62,318 bases of DNA from Pseudomonadota bacterium (GTDB taxonomy: Bacteria; Pseudomonadota; Gammaproteobacteria; Burkholderiales; SG8-39): positions 1-62,318 of the forward strand of contig JAFEDL010000076.1 in NCBI GenBank assembly GCA_018241645.1. The letters run 5' to 3'. A model generated the notes under the pieces. The model ran no database searches and was not told the origin of the DNA. It was given only the letters and a program-made list of their open reading frames with translations. This document shows positions 19,855 through 31,911 of this stretch, in pieces; positions within the stretch are counted from its first letter, which is position 1, and the number at the start of each line of letters is the position of its first letter. The position numbers and the translations under genes were made by a program.

Positions 19855-22800
19855 TGCGAGGGTAGGGCGTCTAGTTTACCAAAGCGCCGCTTGGCCCAGT
19901 CGGAGAGATCGTCGAGATAGGTGTATATGACCGGGACGACCACCAGGGTGAGGAGGCTGGAGGTGATCACCCCGCCGATCACGGCCTGGCCCATCGGGGC
20001 GCGCTGCTCGCCGCCTTCCCCCAGCCCCAGAGCGAGCGGGATCATTCCGAAGATCATGGCCAGGGTGGTCATCAGGATCGGGCGCAGCCGGATCCGCCCG
20101 GCCGCGAGCACCGCGGCGCTGCGGCCCGAGCCGGCCTTGCGTTCCTGGTTGACGAAATCGACCAGCAGGATCGCGTTCTTGGTCACCAGGCCCATCAGCA
20201 TGATGAACCCGATGATCGAGAAGATGTTCAGCGTCGAGCGAAACACCATGAGGGCCAGGATCACGCCGATCAGGGACAGGGGGAGCGACATCATGATCGC
20301 CACCGGCTGCAGGAAGCTGGCGAACTGCGAGGCAAGGATCAGGTAGATGAACACGATGGCCAGCACCAGCGCCTGCCCGGCAAAGCTCATCGACTCCTGC
20401 ATGTCCTTCGACGATCCGCCCATGGTGTACCGGTACCCCGGGGGGAGGGGAATTGCGTCGAGCTTGGCGCGAACCTCCCGGGCGGCGTCGCCCGCCGGAC
20501 GGTTGAAGACGTTGGCCGTCACCAATACTTCGCGCAACTGCTCCTTGCGGTTGATCTGCTGCGCCCCGCTCCCCGCGCCGATGGTGGCGATTTCGCGGAC
20601 CGTGACCATCCGCGGGGCGCCGTTGGCGTCGGTCTGGCTGCTCGCAAGGGGCACCCGCGCGAGGTCCTCGGGACGGGCCCGGTCGGCACGCGCCAGGCGC
20701 ACCTGCACGTCGTAGTACTGGTCGTCGGGGCCACGCCAGTTCCCTACCGCTTCGCCGGCGAGCAACGGGCGCAGCGCTGCCGCGACCTGGCCGATGCCGA
20801 TGCCCAGGTCGCTGGCCAGCTCGCGCTTCACATCCACCGTCAGCTGCGGCTTGGCCGCCTTGTTCGACGACTCTATGTCCACCGCGCCCGGCACCTCGCG
20901 CATGGCCTGCATCACCTGGCGCGCAATTCCGTCCATCAGGTCGCGATCCTGGCCGAGGATCGAGACCTGCAGCGGCTTTCCGCTCGAAACCGATTTGTAT
21001 GCGCCGATCTGCGTCAGCTCGATGCCGGCGAGCCGGCCCAGGCGCTCCCTCATGGGCTGCGTGAGCGCCGCCTGCGAACGGCTGCGCTCGCTTCGCGGCA
21101 CCAGCTGGACGAAGATGTTCACGTTGTTCTTGCCCTGCGCGAATCCGGTGTTGATGGTGGCGTAGGTGTACCGGACCTCGGGAAACCCGCGCAGGGCCTG
21201 TTCCGCCTGGCGGGCTTTTTGCGTGGAGAGTTCGAGCGAGGCTCCCACCGGCGTGGTGAACTGGACCTGCAGCTCGGACAGGTCCGGCTCGGGCACGAAT
21301 TCGGTGCCGACGAACCTCATCAGGGGGAAGCTGCCGAAGAATGCGGCAAGTGCGATCGCCAGGACCGCCTTCCTGTGCGCGAGGCTCCATGCGAGCAGCC
21401 GCTCGTACCGCGCCGAGAAGCCCTCCATCAGCCCGTGGAACCAGCCCAGAAGCCGCCCGAGCGGGCCGGTGCTGAACTTGCCCTCGGCCTGGGGGTCGCG
21501 CCAGATCGACGAGAGCATCGGGTCGAGAGTAAAGCTCACGAACATCGATATCAGGACCGCCGCAACGACCGTGAGGCCGAACTGGTGGAAGAACCGCCCG
21601 ATGATCCCGCCCATGAATCCCACCGGCAGGAAGACTGCCACGATCGAGAACGTCGTGGCGAGCACGGCAAGGCCGATCTCCTGCGTCCCCTCCAGGGCGG
21701 CGGCCGTGTGGGTCTTGCCCATGGCCACGTGGCGCACGATGTTTTCGCGGACCACGATTGCATCGTCGATGAGCAGGCCCACGGAAAGCGACAGGGCCAT
21801 GAGGGTCAGGACGTTCAGGGTAAAGCCGAACGCGTAGATGAACAGGAAGGTCCCGATCAGCGCGATCGGGAGCGTAAGGCCGGTGATCACGGTGCTGCGC
21901 CATGAGGCGAGGAACAGGAACACGATCGCAATGGTCAGGAGCGCGCCTTCGATGAGGGTCGCCTTGACGTCTGCCACCGAATTGCGGATGCCGACCGAGG
22001 CATCCCGCACGATGCCGACTTTGACGTCCGGAGGGACGAGGCCTTTGAGTTCGCCGACCACCCGGCGGACGCCGTCGACCACGCCGATGGTGTTTTCGCC
22101 CTGCGCCTTGATGATGTCGATCGAGATTGCGCGCTCCCCGTTCACGAGGGCGATGCTTTCCTCTTCCTGCTGGCCGTCCTCGATATCGGCGATCTGTCCC
22201 AGCGTCACGGCCTTGCCGCCGCGCCGCGCCACGATCAGGTTCTGGAAGTCACGCGGATTGGCGAGGCGGGCCTTTATCTGGACGATCTTTTCCTGGCTCT
22301 GGGTCACGATGGCGCCGGCCGGGAGTTCCTGGTTTTCGCTTTGCAGGGCGCGGATGACCTGGTCGGCGCCGATCTTCTGCGCCTCCATCTCCTCCAGCCT
22401 GAGGTAGACCTTGACCTCGCGTTTCACGCCGCCCACCAGAGTGGCCTGACCGACGCCGCCGACGTTCTCGAGCCGCTTCTTGATCACCTGGTCCGCGAGT
22501 GTGGTGAGTTCGCGCAGGCTCCGTCCGGGAGCGGTCACGGACACCGAAACGATCGGGTAGTCGTCGGGATTGAAGCGCGAAACGCGCGGCTCCTTGATCT
22601 CGTCGCGAAACAGCGGCTTCAGGATGGCAATCTTCTCGCGCACATCCTGGGCGGCGATCTTGGGCTCGACGTTGAGGTCGAACTCGATGATCACCACCGA
22701 GAGCCCTTCGTAGGAGCGCGAGGACAGGGTCTTGATCCCGCTGATGGTGTTGACGTTCTCCTCGACCTTGCGGGTCACCTCTTCCTCGACGTTCTCGGGC

Positions 22801-22964
22801 GACGCGCCTGGATACTCCGTCTGCACCACGACCACCGGGAAGCTGACGTCCGGGAACTGTTCGACCGGCAGGCGGTTGTATGAAAACAGCCCCAGCACCA
22901 GGAGCGCGGCCATCATCATGGTCGCGAATACCGGGTTGTGGATGCTTACGCGGGTGAACCACAT
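19851..22964 (-). CDS. RND efflux transporter permease (AcrB/HAE1-like)
   Basis: 1037 aa with MWFTRVSIHNPVFATMMMAALLVLGLFSY..., 12-TM RND organisation and large periplasmic loops. Confidence 0.95.
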   Translation of the reverse strand: MWFTRVSIHNPVFATMMMAALLVLGLFSYNRLPVEQFPDVSFPVVVVQTEYPGASPENVEEEVTRKVEENVNTISGIKTLSSRSYEGLSVVIIEFDLNVEPKIAAQDVREKIAILKPLFRDEIKEPRVSRFNPDDYPIVSVSVTAPGRSLRELTTLADQVIKKRLENVGGVGQATLVGGVKREVKVYLRLEEMEAQKIGADQVIRALQSENQELPAGAIVTQSQEKIVQIKARLANPRDFQNLIVARRGGKAVTLGQIADIEDGQQEEESIALVNGERAISIDIIKAQGENTIGVVDGVRRVVGELKGLVPPDVKVGIVRDASVGIRNSVADVKATLIEGALLTIAIVFLFLASWRSTVITGLTLPIALIGTFLFIYAFGFTLNVLTLMALSLSVGLLIDDAIVVRENIVRHVAMGKTHTAAALEGTQEIGLAVLATTFSIVAVFLPVGFMGGIIGRFFHQFGLTVVAAVLISMFVSFTLDPMLSSIWRDPQAEGKFSTGPLGRLLGWFHGLMEGFSARYERLLAWSLAHRKAVLAIALAAFFGSFPLMRFVGTEFVPEPDLSELQVQFTTPVGASLELSTQKARQAEQALRGFPEVRYTYATINTGFAQGKNNVNIFVQLVPRSERSRSQAALTQPMRERLGRLAGIELTQIGAYKSVSSGKPLQVSILGQDRDLMDGIARQVMQAMREVPGAVDIESSNKAAKPQLTVDVKRELASDLGIGIGQVAAALRPLLAGEAVGNWRGPDDQYYDVQVRLARADRARPEDLARVPLASSQTDANGAPRMVTVREIATIGAGSGAQQINRKEQLREVLVTANVFNRPAGDAAREVRAKLDAIPLPPGYRYTMGGSSKDMQESMSFAGQALVLAIVFIYLILASQFASFLQPVAIMMSLPLSLIGVILALMVFRSTLNIFSIIGFIMLMGLVTKNAILLVDFVNQERKAGSGRSAAVLAAGRIRLRPILMTTLAMIFGMIPLALGLGEGGEQRAPMGQAVIGGVITSSLLTLVVVPVIYTYLDDLSDWAKRRFGKLDALPSQ

Positions 22965-22973
22965 GGCGGGCCG

Positions 22974-24134
22974 CTATTTCCCGGCTGCCGCGGCCGCGGC
23001 GCGGCCCCCGACCAGCACCGGGGAGCCGTCGCGCAACTGGCCGAGGTTGTTCTTCACCACGCTGTCTCCCGCCGCGAGACCGGACAGCACCTGCAGCATC
23101 CCGTCCGAGTCCGACTGGCCGACCCGGACCGGCCGCTTGCGCAGCGTCCCGGCGTCGATGGCGTAAACGAAGGTCTGGCCGATTTCCTCGCGCACCGCGG
23201 TCGCCGGCACGATCACCGCGTTCTCGATCTTCTCGAGGATCAGGTCGCCTTGCGCGAACAACCCGCCCCGCAACAGCGCTTCCTTGTTTTCTATGATCGC
23301 GTACACGCTGATCGAGCGCGAGCCCGCTGCGGTTGCGGGGTTGATACGGTCAATCCGCCCGTCGAAGCGGCGCTCGCCGAAGCCATCGACGCGGAAGGCC
23401 ACGGGCTGGCCGACCTTCACCTGCGCAATGGTGGACGCGGGCACGGAGGCTTCGAGGGTGAGCACGGACAGGTCCACGATCGAGACGATCTTGGCATCCA
23501 GCGGGACGCGCTCGCCGGGCTGCGCGTGGCGCTCCGAAACGATGCCCGAGAACGGCGCCACCAGGCTGGAATCCCCGAGCGTCTTTCTTGCCGACAGCAG
23601 GTCGGCCTCCGCGGCCCTCAGCCGGGCGACGGCAACGTCGTAACCGGATTGGGTGGTGTCGAACGCGTTCTGCGAAATGAAGTTCTTGTCGAGCAGCGCC
23701 TTCTGCGTGATGCGGTTCTTCTCAGCGAGCTTCAACTGCGCGCGCGCAGCCTCGGCGTCCGCGGATCGCGCGGCTACCTTGGCCTGCACTTCGGTCTGGT
23801 CGATGCGCGCAAGCAACTGGCCCTTTTGCACGGACTGGCCTTCGCGCACGGTGACCTCGACGAGTTCCCCGGCCACCTTGGCCTTGACCGTGGCGGCCGT
23901 GAGGGCCATGAGCGTTCCGGTGACCGGCAGGGTGCGCGCCAGGGTCCCCAAGCGGACCGCGTAAAGGTCGTCCGGGACGAACTCAAGCGTGGGGCTCTTG
24001 GCGGCAGCAGCGGCCTTCGCCTCTGCGTCCCGACCGCGCAACGCGCCCATCCCGGCGACGCCGGCAAGCGCCAGGGCAACGAGAATCAAGCCGATCAGCA
24101 GGGCCCGGCGGGAAGGAAATTTCATTGCACTCAT
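22974..24134 (-). CDS. RND efflux periplasmic adaptor (membrane fusion protein)
   Basis: 386 aa with an N-terminal anchor, a coiled-coil hairpin region (AEAARAQLKLAEKNRITQKALLDKNF) and a beta-barrel C-terminus. Confidence 0.9.
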   Translation of the reverse strand: MSAMKFPSRRALLIGLILVALALAGVAGMGALRGRDAEAKAAAAAKSPTLEFVPDDLYAVRLGTLARTLPVTGTLMALTAATVKAKVAGELVEVTVREGQSVQKGQLLARIDQTEVQAKVAARSADAEAARAQLKLAEKNRITQKALLDKNFISQNAFDTTQSGYDVAVARLRAAEADLLSARKTLGDSSLVAPFSGIVSERHAQPGERVPLDAKIVSIVDLSVLTLEASVPASTIAQVKVGQPVAFRVDGFGERRFDGRIDRINPATAAGSRSISVYAIIENKEALLRGGLFAQGDLILEKIENAVIVPATAVREEIGQTFVYAIDAGTLRKRPVRVGQSDSDGMLQVLSGLAAGDSVVKNNLGQLRDGSPVLVGGRAAAAAAGK

Positions 24135-24152
24135 GTCTTGTCCTGCTCCAGT

Positions 24153-24803
24153 TCAGCCCGGGTCGGGGGCCAGGCCCCGGCGGAGCATCTCGAGGTGCTC
24201 GTCAATGACGCGCAGGGGATCCATGCCGTCAGGATCAAACGGGGCAAGCGAATTGCACCAGCACGCCACGAGGAGCGTCGGGGCGAACACGAGTTGCGCG
24301 ATATGCACGGCCTCAACGCGGCGGAATTCGCCTGCCTGTACCCCGCGCTCGATGATGCGGCTGATGGCCTCCAGGCCGGGCCGCACGACTTCCGCCAGAT
24401 AGAACTCGGCAATTTCGGGAAAGTTGCGCGCCTCGGCCAGGATCAGTTTTGGGATGCCGGAGATGGGGGTCGAACCGATGCGTTGCCACCACCCATGGAG
24501 GACCATTCCGAGCAGGTCGAACGCGCGCCCTTCGTACTGGTCGATCATTCCCTGCACTTCGGCAATTGGCGAAGCCAGACCCTCGCGGACCACCGCCTTG
24601 AACAGTTCCTGCTTGTTGGCAAAATACAGGTAGAGCGTGCCCTTGCTGACCCCAGCCCGGGCGGCGACATCTTCAAGCCGGGTATTGGCATAGCCGCGTT
24701 CGACGAAGAGATTCAGCGCCGCGGCTGTGATTTCTTCCGGGCGGGCGTCTTTGCGTCGAACCCAGCGGGGTTCCGGTTTGGGGGCTGTCGGGTTGGGTTT
24801 CAC
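24153..24803 (-). CDS. TetR/AcrR family transcriptional regulator
   Basis: 216 aa with an N-terminal HTH (ITAAALNLFVERGYANTRLEDVAARAGVSKGTLYLYF). It uses a GTG start and is the first gene of the efflux operon. Confidence 0.9.
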   Translation of the reverse strand: MKPNPTAPKPEPRWVRRKDARPEEITAAALNLFVERGYANTRLEDVAARAGVSKGTLYLYFANKQELFKAVVREGLASPIAEVQGMIDQYEGRAFDLLGMVLHGWWQRIGSTPISGIPKLILAEARNFPEIAEFYLAEVVRPGLEAISRIIERGVQAGEFRRVEAVHIAQLVFAPTLLVACWCNSLAPFDPDGMDPLRVIDEHLEMLRRGLAPDPG

Positions 24804-24812
24804 GGAAATTCA

Positions 24813-24836
24813 ATATTACTGACTGGTCAGTAATAT
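24813..24836. promoter_or_regulatory. Candidate TetR operator: perfect 11-bp inverted repeat ATATTACTGAC-tg-GTCAGTAATAT
   Basis: Read directly from the sequence. It lies 10 bp upstream of the tetR start codon and is AT-rich in a GC-rich context, which fits the classic geometry of a TetR-family operator. Confidence 0.55.
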
Positions 24837-24921
24837 ATTTGCTTGGGTCTGATCCGTCAACAATTATTGCGGCGCAAAAAAATGCTTGCGAATCGGGACC
24901 TTGCTGTCCCGTATAATCAAA

Positions 24922-26981
<2,060 letters not shown>

Positions 26982-27007
26982 CCGGGGCAGTCAGCCGGGT
27001 AACGGAC

Positions 27008-28300
27008 ATGTCGACCACAGTGCCGAGCACGATCGGCAAGTACACCATCCTTGGCGAGCTCGGGCGCGGCGCCACGAGCTCGGTCTATCGCGCGCGCGAC
27101 ACTTTCGCGGCGCGCGACGTCGCCATCAAGCTGTTCAACCATGCCACGGACGACCCTTCGTTCGGGGGCAAGCATCGCAGCGCGTTCCTGACCGAGGCTG
27201 CGCTGGTCGGCAAGCTCAACCACCCGCATATCGTCTCGCTGCTCGATGCTGCGGTCGAGGAGGAATACAGCTATGTGGTGATGGACTACGTCGCCGGGGG
27301 AACCCTGGCGCAATATGCGGTGATGGACAACCTGCTGCCGCTCGAGCGGGTGGTGGAAGTCGTGTTCAAGTGCAGCCGCGCGCTCGAATACGCGCACCGC
27401 ATGGGAATCATCCACCGCGACATCAAGCCGGCGAACATCCTGGTTACCGAGGAGTTTGACGTGAAGCTCGCGGATTTCGGCGTGGCCCAGCTCGAGGAAG
27501 CAACGCATACCAACATCGGCAATGCCGGCTCTCCCGCCTATATGTCCCCGGAACAGCTGACCGATCGCGAGCTCACCCACCAGACGGACATCTATTCGCT
27601 CGGCGTCGTCATGTTCCAGCTGCTTGCCGGCCGTTTGCCGTTCAGCGCCTCCTCGCAGGCGAGCCTGATGTACCAGATCGTGAACCACGCCCCGCCGGCG
27701 CTTTCGTCCTTGCGCCAGAACCTGCCCCCGGCCATCGAGGCAATCGTTTCGCGTGCCATGCAGAAAGACTTGGCGCTGCGCTACCAGAACTGGATCGAGT
27801 TCGGCAAGGACCTTGCGGCGCTGTTCCGGGAGCTCGAGGCGCCGCGCGAGGATTTCTCCGAGACCCGCAAGTTCCACCTGCTGCGCAACCTTTCGTTCTT
27901 CCGGGATTTTCGCGATGTGGAGATCTGGGAGACGCTGAGGATTTCGGCGTGGCGCCACATTCCGGCGAATCGCCTGCTGATCCAGGAGGGGGAGCGCGGC
28001 GATGGTTTCTTCATCCTCGTGGACGGTAGCAGCGAAGTCACCCGCGAGGGACACCAGCTCGCCACGCTCGGGCCGGGCGACTGCTTCGGCGAGATGCTCT
28101 ACTTCTCCACTGAGAGCGCGCTGCGCAGCACCACGATCCGTTCCACGACGCCGGTGCTGGTCCTCGAAATCAAGGCGGCCCCCCTGTCCGCGGCGAGCGA
28201 CGCCTGCCAGGTGCAGTTCAACAAGTCCTTCATGCGCATCCTGATCGACCGGCTGTCGGCCGCGAACAAGAAGCTGACCGAGCGGGCGGCAGAGCGGTGA
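27008..28300 (+). CDS. Hanks-type Ser/Thr protein kinase fused to a C-terminal cyclic-nucleotide-binding domain
   Basis: Kinase motifs are GRGATSSV (G-loop), [17 protein letters not shown] and SPAYMSPE. The C-terminal cNMP-like region has [13 protein letters not shown] and [20 protein letters not shown], a PBC-like FGE...R[ST]. It is 430 aa with no TM segment. Confidence 0.85.
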   Translation: MSTTVPSTIGKYTILGELGRGATSSVYRARDTFAARDVAIKLFNHATDDPSFGGKHRSAFLTEAALVGKLNHPHIVSLLDAAVEEEYSYVVMDYVAGGTLAQYAVMDNLLPLERVVEVVFKCSRALEYAHRMGIIHRDIKPANILVTEEFDVKLADFGVAQLEEATHTNIGNAGSPAYMSPEQLTDRELTHQTDIYSLGVVMFQLLAGRLPFSASSQASLMYQIVNHAPPALSSLRQNLPPAIEAIVSRAMQKDLALRYQNWIEFGKDLAALFRELEAPREDFSETRKFHLLRNLSFFRDFRDVEIWETLRISAWRHIPANRLLIQEGERGDGFFILVDGSSEVTREGHQLATLGPGDCFGEMLYFSTESALRSTTIRSTTPVLVLEIKAAPLSAASDACQVQFNKSFMRILIDRLSAANKKLTERAAER

Positions 28301-29121
28301 GCATGCACGAGCTGGCCAGTGCTGCGATCCTCGGCATCGTGGAGGGCCTCACCGAGTTCCTGCCCGTTTCCAGCACCGGTCACCTGATCCTCGCCGGGAA
28401 TCTGCTCGGATTCGGGGACGAGCGCGGCAAGGTGTTCGACATCGTGATCCAGACCGGCGCCATGCTCGCGATCGTCTGGGAGTACCGCGCGCGTTTCATC
28501 AGGGTCATTGCGGGGGCGTTCCGCGACGCTGCGGCACAGCGGTTCCTGCTCAACCTCGTTGTCGCGTTCATGCCCGCCGCGGTGCTCGGGCTGGCCTTCG
28601 GAAAGCACATCAAGGCCTACTTGTTCAAGCCGGTTCCGGTCGCGCTGGCGTTCATCGTGGGCGGAATAATCATTCTGTGGGTCGAGCGCCGTCCGCGCGC
28701 GCCGTCCATCGATAGCGTGGATGACATGGGCTGGAAGGACGCATTGAAAGTCGGATGCGCCCAGGCATTCGCACTGATCCCCGGGACCTCGCGTTCGGGT
28801 GCGACCATCATCGGGGGAATGCTGTTCGGCCTCTCGCGCAAGGCCGCCACGGAATTCTCTTTCTTCCTGGCGGTGCCGACATTGGTGGCGGCCGGGGCCT
28901 ATGACCTGTTCAAGCATCGCGCGCTGTTCGGCAGCGGCGACGTGGGGCTCTTCGGGGTCGGCGCGGTCACCGCATTCGCATCGGCCTTCCTGTGCGTGCG
29001 CTGGCTGCTCCGCTATATCGCCTCGCACGACTTCACGCTATTCGCGTGGTACCGGATTGTGTTTGGCGGTGCAGTGCTGCTGACGGCCTACACTGGCCTG
29101 GTGAACTGGTCCGCAGGCTAG
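28297..29121 (+). CDS. uppP: undecaprenyl-diphosphate phosphatase
   Basis: 274 aa with [22 protein letters not shown] and [10 protein letters not shown], both BacA/UppP signatures. The GTG at 28297 overlaps the kinase stop, and an alternative ATG lies at 28303. Confidence 0.95.
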   Translation: MSMHELASAAILGIVEGLTEFLPVSSTGHLILAGNLLGFGDERGKVFDIVIQTGAMLAIVWEYRARFIRVIAGAFRDAAAQRFLLNLVVAFMPAAVLGLAFGKHIKAYLFKPVPVALAFIVGGIIILWVERRPRAPSIDSVDDMGWKDALKVGCAQAFALIPGTSRSGATIIGGMLFGLSRKAATEFSFFLAVPTLVAAGAYDLFKHRALFGSGDVGLFGVGAVTAFASAFLCVRWLLRYIASHDFTLFAWYRIVFGGAVLLTAYTGLVNWSAG

Positions 29122-29564
29122 CTCTGGACCCAAGGCAGGCCGGCTAGCCGCCATCCGCCCAGGGTATTACGGTGGCCATCCGGGCCTTTGTCGCCCTCGA
29201 AGCCCTGAAGCACGTTGTAGACCTCGCGGAATCCCGCCTGCGCCGCCGCGATTGCGGCATTGTGCGAACGGCCGCCCGACCGGCACAGAAACATGACCGG
29301 CACCTCCTTGCCCAAATGCGCCTCGAGTTGAGGGACGAAGTCCGGATTGGGGGTGCCCCCGGGCCAGCTGTTCCATTCCACCGCAATGGCGCCAGGCACT
29401 TGGCCGACCCACTGCAATTCAGCTTTTGTGCGGACATCGACCAGTTTGGCCCCCGCTTGCATCAGGGTATGGGCTTCCTGGGGAAGCAATGCGCCCGAGT
29501 ACGGCAACTTCAGCTCTTTCGCGCGCTGGCGGGCAATATTCTTGATCGAGTCCGGGTCGGCCAT
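29118..29564 (-). CDS. rhodanese-domain protein
   Basis: The start [13 protein letters not shown] lies inside the long ORF 29118..31199. The active-site loop is FLCRSGGRS. It is 148 aa. Confidence 0.8.
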   Translation of the reverse strand: MADPDSIKNIARQRAKELKLPYSGALLPQEAHTLMQAGAKLVDVRTKAELQWVGQVPGAIAVEWNSWPGGTPNPDFVPQLEAHLGKEVPVMFLCRSGGRSHNAAIAAAQAGFREVYNVLQGFEGDKGPDGHRNTLGGWRLAGLPWVQS

Positions 29565-29615
29565 GGGAGTCCTGTGAGTGTGCGAAGGATTATAAGGGCT
29601 CCCCATCCCCAGACT

Positions 29616-29634
29616 TGGTGCGGGATGCGCACCA
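29616..29634. promoter_or_regulatory. Inverted repeat TGGTGCG-N5-CGCACCA, candidate NtrC-type enhancer site upstream of glnA
   Basis: The perfect 7-bp arms were read from the sequence. The half-sites resemble the GCACC/GGTGC NtrC half-sites. It lies about 105 bp upstream of the sigma-54-like promoter. A weaker related element is TGCGCATTGAAACGGTGCG at ~29657-29675. Confidence 0.35.
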
Positions 29635-29739
29635 TAACGGGGCGTTCCGGTTTCTTGCGCATTGAAACGGTGCGTTTTCTTTCTGTAGAATTGGCGGATT
29701 CGCGCTCTGCAATCAAGGGGCACAGTCAGCCGCCTTGTT

Positions 29740-29755
29740 TGGCATGGAAACTGCT
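29740..29755 (+). promoter_or_regulatory. sigma-54 (-24/-12) type promoter for glnA
   Basis: TGGCATGGAAACTGCT matches TGGCAC-N5-TTGC with exact GG/GC spacing. It lies ~65 bp upstream of the glnA ATG, and ntrBC are encoded downstream. Confidence 0.6.
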
Positions 29756-29819
29756 CGATTCTTTTCCGTCGGCCCGGGGGGCCGGTTCCGCTTTTTATTC
29801 GCAAATTCAGGAGAATTAG

Positions 29820-31232
29820 ATGCCATCGGCAGCCGATGTACTGAAACTGGCCAAGGAAAAGGAAGTCAAATTCGTCGATTTCCGTTTTACCGACACGCTC
29901 GGCAAGGAACAGCACGTGTCCGTCCCGGCCAAGTATTTCACCATGGACAAGTTCGAGGAAGGACATGCGTTCGACGGTTCGTCGATCGCCGGCTGGAAAG
30001 GTATCCAGGCCTCCGACATGGCGCTCATGCCGGATCCGAACAGCGCGCGCCTGGATCCGTTCACCGACGAACCCGTGCTCAATATTTCCTGCGACGTGGT
30101 CGAACCGGCGGACGGGAAGCCGTATGACCGTTGCCCCCGCGGCATCGCCAAGCGCGCCGAGGCGTACCTGAAGTCTTCCGGCCTGGGCGATACCGCCTAC
30201 TTCGGCCCTGAGCCCGAGTTTTTCATCTTCGACGGCGTGACGTGGCAGGTGGACATGTCGGGCTGCTCGGTGAAGATCCGCTCGGAGGAGGCTCCGTGGT
30301 CCTCGGGCATCGACTACGAGTCGGGCAACATGGGTCACCGTGCGCCGGTCAAGGGCGGCTATTTCCCCGTGCCCCCGGCGGATACGCTGCAGGACATCCG
30401 CAATGCCATGTGCATCGCCCTTGAACAGCAGGGCGTGGAAGTCGAGGTCCACCACCACGAAGTGGCCGCGCCGGGGCAATGCGAGATCGGGACGAAATTC
30501 GCGCCGCTCGTTCAACGCGCCGACTGGACTCAGATCCTCAAGTACACGGTCTGGAACGTGGCCGCGTCGTACGGCAAGACGGCGACCTTCATGCCCAAGC
30601 CGGTCGTGGGCGACAACGGTTCGGGCATGCACGTTCACCAGTCGGTCTGGAAGGGCGGCGAGAACCTGTTCGCCGGCAATGGATACGCGGGACTGTCCGA
30701 ATTTGCGCTGTATTACATCGGCGGGGTGATCAAGCACGCCAAGGCGCTGAACGCGATCACCAATCCGGGCACCAACAGCTACAAGCGCCTGGTCCCGGGA
30801 TTTGAAGCGCCGATCAACCTCGCGTACTCGTCGCGGAATCGCTCCGCCTCCTGCCGCATCCCGTTCGTGAACAGCGCCAAGGCCCGGCGCGTGGAAGTGC
30901 GTTTCCCGGACCCTACGGCCAACTCGTACATGGCGTTCGCGGCGTTGCTGATGGCGGGTCTTGATGGAGTGCAGAACAAGATCCACCCGGGCGACCCCGT
31001 AGACAAGAACCTCTACGACCTCCCGCCGGAAGAGGCGAAGAAGGTCCCGAACGTGTGCTCGTCGCTGGACCAGGCGCTCGAATGCCTGGACAAGGATCGG
31101 GCGTTCCTGACCAAGGGCGGCGTGTTCTCCGACGACTTCATCGATGCGTACATCGAACTGAAGATGAACGAAGTCACGCGGTTCCGCATGACGACCCACC
31201 CGGTCGAGTTCGACATGTATTACTCGTCGTAA
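29820..31232 (+). CDS. glnA: glutamine synthetase, type I
   Basis: 470 aa with the GSI signatures [18 protein letters not shown] and [12 protein letters not shown], and the adenylylation-site region NLYDLPPEE. Confidence 0.97.
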   Translation: MPSAADVLKLAKEKEVKFVDFRFTDTLGKEQHVSVPAKYFTMDKFEEGHAFDGSSIAGWKGIQASDMALMPDPNSARLDPFTDEPVLNISCDVVEPADGKPYDRCPRGIAKRAEAYLKSSGLGDTAYFGPEPEFFIFDGVTWQVDMSGCSVKIRSEEAPWSSGIDYESGNMGHRAPVKGGYFPVPPADTLQDIRNAMCIALEQQGVEVEVHHHEVAAPGQCEIGTKFAPLVQRADWTQILKYTVWNVAASYGKTATFMPKPVVGDNGSGMHVHQSVWKGGENLFAGNGYAGLSEFALYYIGGVIKHAKALNAITNPGTNSYKRLVPGFEAPINLAYSSRNRSASCRIPFVNSAKARRVEVRFPDPTANSYMAFAALLMAGLDGVQNKIHPGDPVDKNLYDLPPEEAKKVPNVCSSLDQALECLDKDRAFLTKGGVFSDDFIDAYIELKMNEVTRFRMTTHPVEFDMYYSS

Positions 31233-31273
31233 CCTGAACGCCTAAGCCCGGATCCGGGTTCATGCGTTAATAG

Positions 31274-31306
31274 AAGGACGGGCATTGCCCGTCCTTTTTG
31301 CTTTTT
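31274..31306 (+). terminator. Rho-independent terminator after glnA
   Basis: The stem is GGACGGGC-att-GCCCGTCC, extendable by AA/TT, followed by TTTTTGCTTTTT. Confidence 0.7.
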
Positions 31307-31372
31307 CGGGCCGCATTGTAAAAGTCCGATTAGTAACATACACTTGGCTGTTCAATTTAAGGCTCGTTCTCG

Positions 31373-31882
31373 ATGAGACTTGGCGGCAGCGTAGCGACCG
31401 TGGCGATTCTTGCCGGCTTGGCCGGCGCAGCTCCGCTCGCGTTTGCGCAAGGGGGCGGCGAAATCCAGACCATCTGGCGATGCGTGGACTCCAGCGGCAA
31501 GACCCACGTTACGAACGTCAAGGACGAAACGGCCGGCAAGGACTGCAAGGTAATCCAGACCCAGCGCGTAAACGTAGTACCTCCGCAGGCGCCGATCCCG
31601 AAGTCAGCGGCAAAATCACCGGCAGGATTCCCGAAAGAAAGCTCGGGTGAACGCGCCAACGCCCGCGACCGGCAGAAAGCCACGCTCGAGTCCGAATTGG
31701 CGAGCGAGGAAGCCCTGCTCGCCAAGGCGAAGGCCGAACTGGCGGAGCAGGAATCCATTCGGCTTGGCGACGAAAAGAACTATGCGAAGGTGCTCGAGCG
31801 GTTGCAGAAATACAAGGACAACGTCGAATTGCATGAGAAGAATGTCGGCGAGCTCCGCAAGGAACTTGGCAAGCTGAAGTAG
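31373..31882 (+). CDS. secreted DUF4124-like protein with C-terminal coiled coil
   Basis: 169 aa with a signal peptide (VATVAILAGLAGAAPLAFA), the block IWRCVDSSGKTHVTN that I recall as DUF4124-like, and a charged heptad-like C-terminus (LESELASEEALLAKAKAELAEQE). Confidence 0.7.
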   Translation: MRLGGSVATVAILAGLAGAAPLAFAQGGGEIQTIWRCVDSSGKTHVTNVKDETAGKDCKVIQTQRVNVVPPQAPIPKSAAKSPAGFPKESSGERANARDRQKATLESELASEEALLAKAKAELAEQESIRLGDEKNYAKVLERLQKYKDNVELHEKNVGELRKELGKLK

Positions 31883-31911
31883 CCGCTCCCGGGGCGACCT
31901 TCGGATTCCGC

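Noticed and set aside
29118-31199. 693-aa ORF on the minus strand covering the rhodanese gene, the intergenic region and the whole antisense of glnA
   Set aside because: Only its last 148 codons (29118-29564) look like a protein (rhodanese). The rest lies exactly antisense to the unmistakable glnA and has Arg/Gly/Ala/Val-rich, low-information composition, typical of stop-free antisense frames in high-GC DNA.
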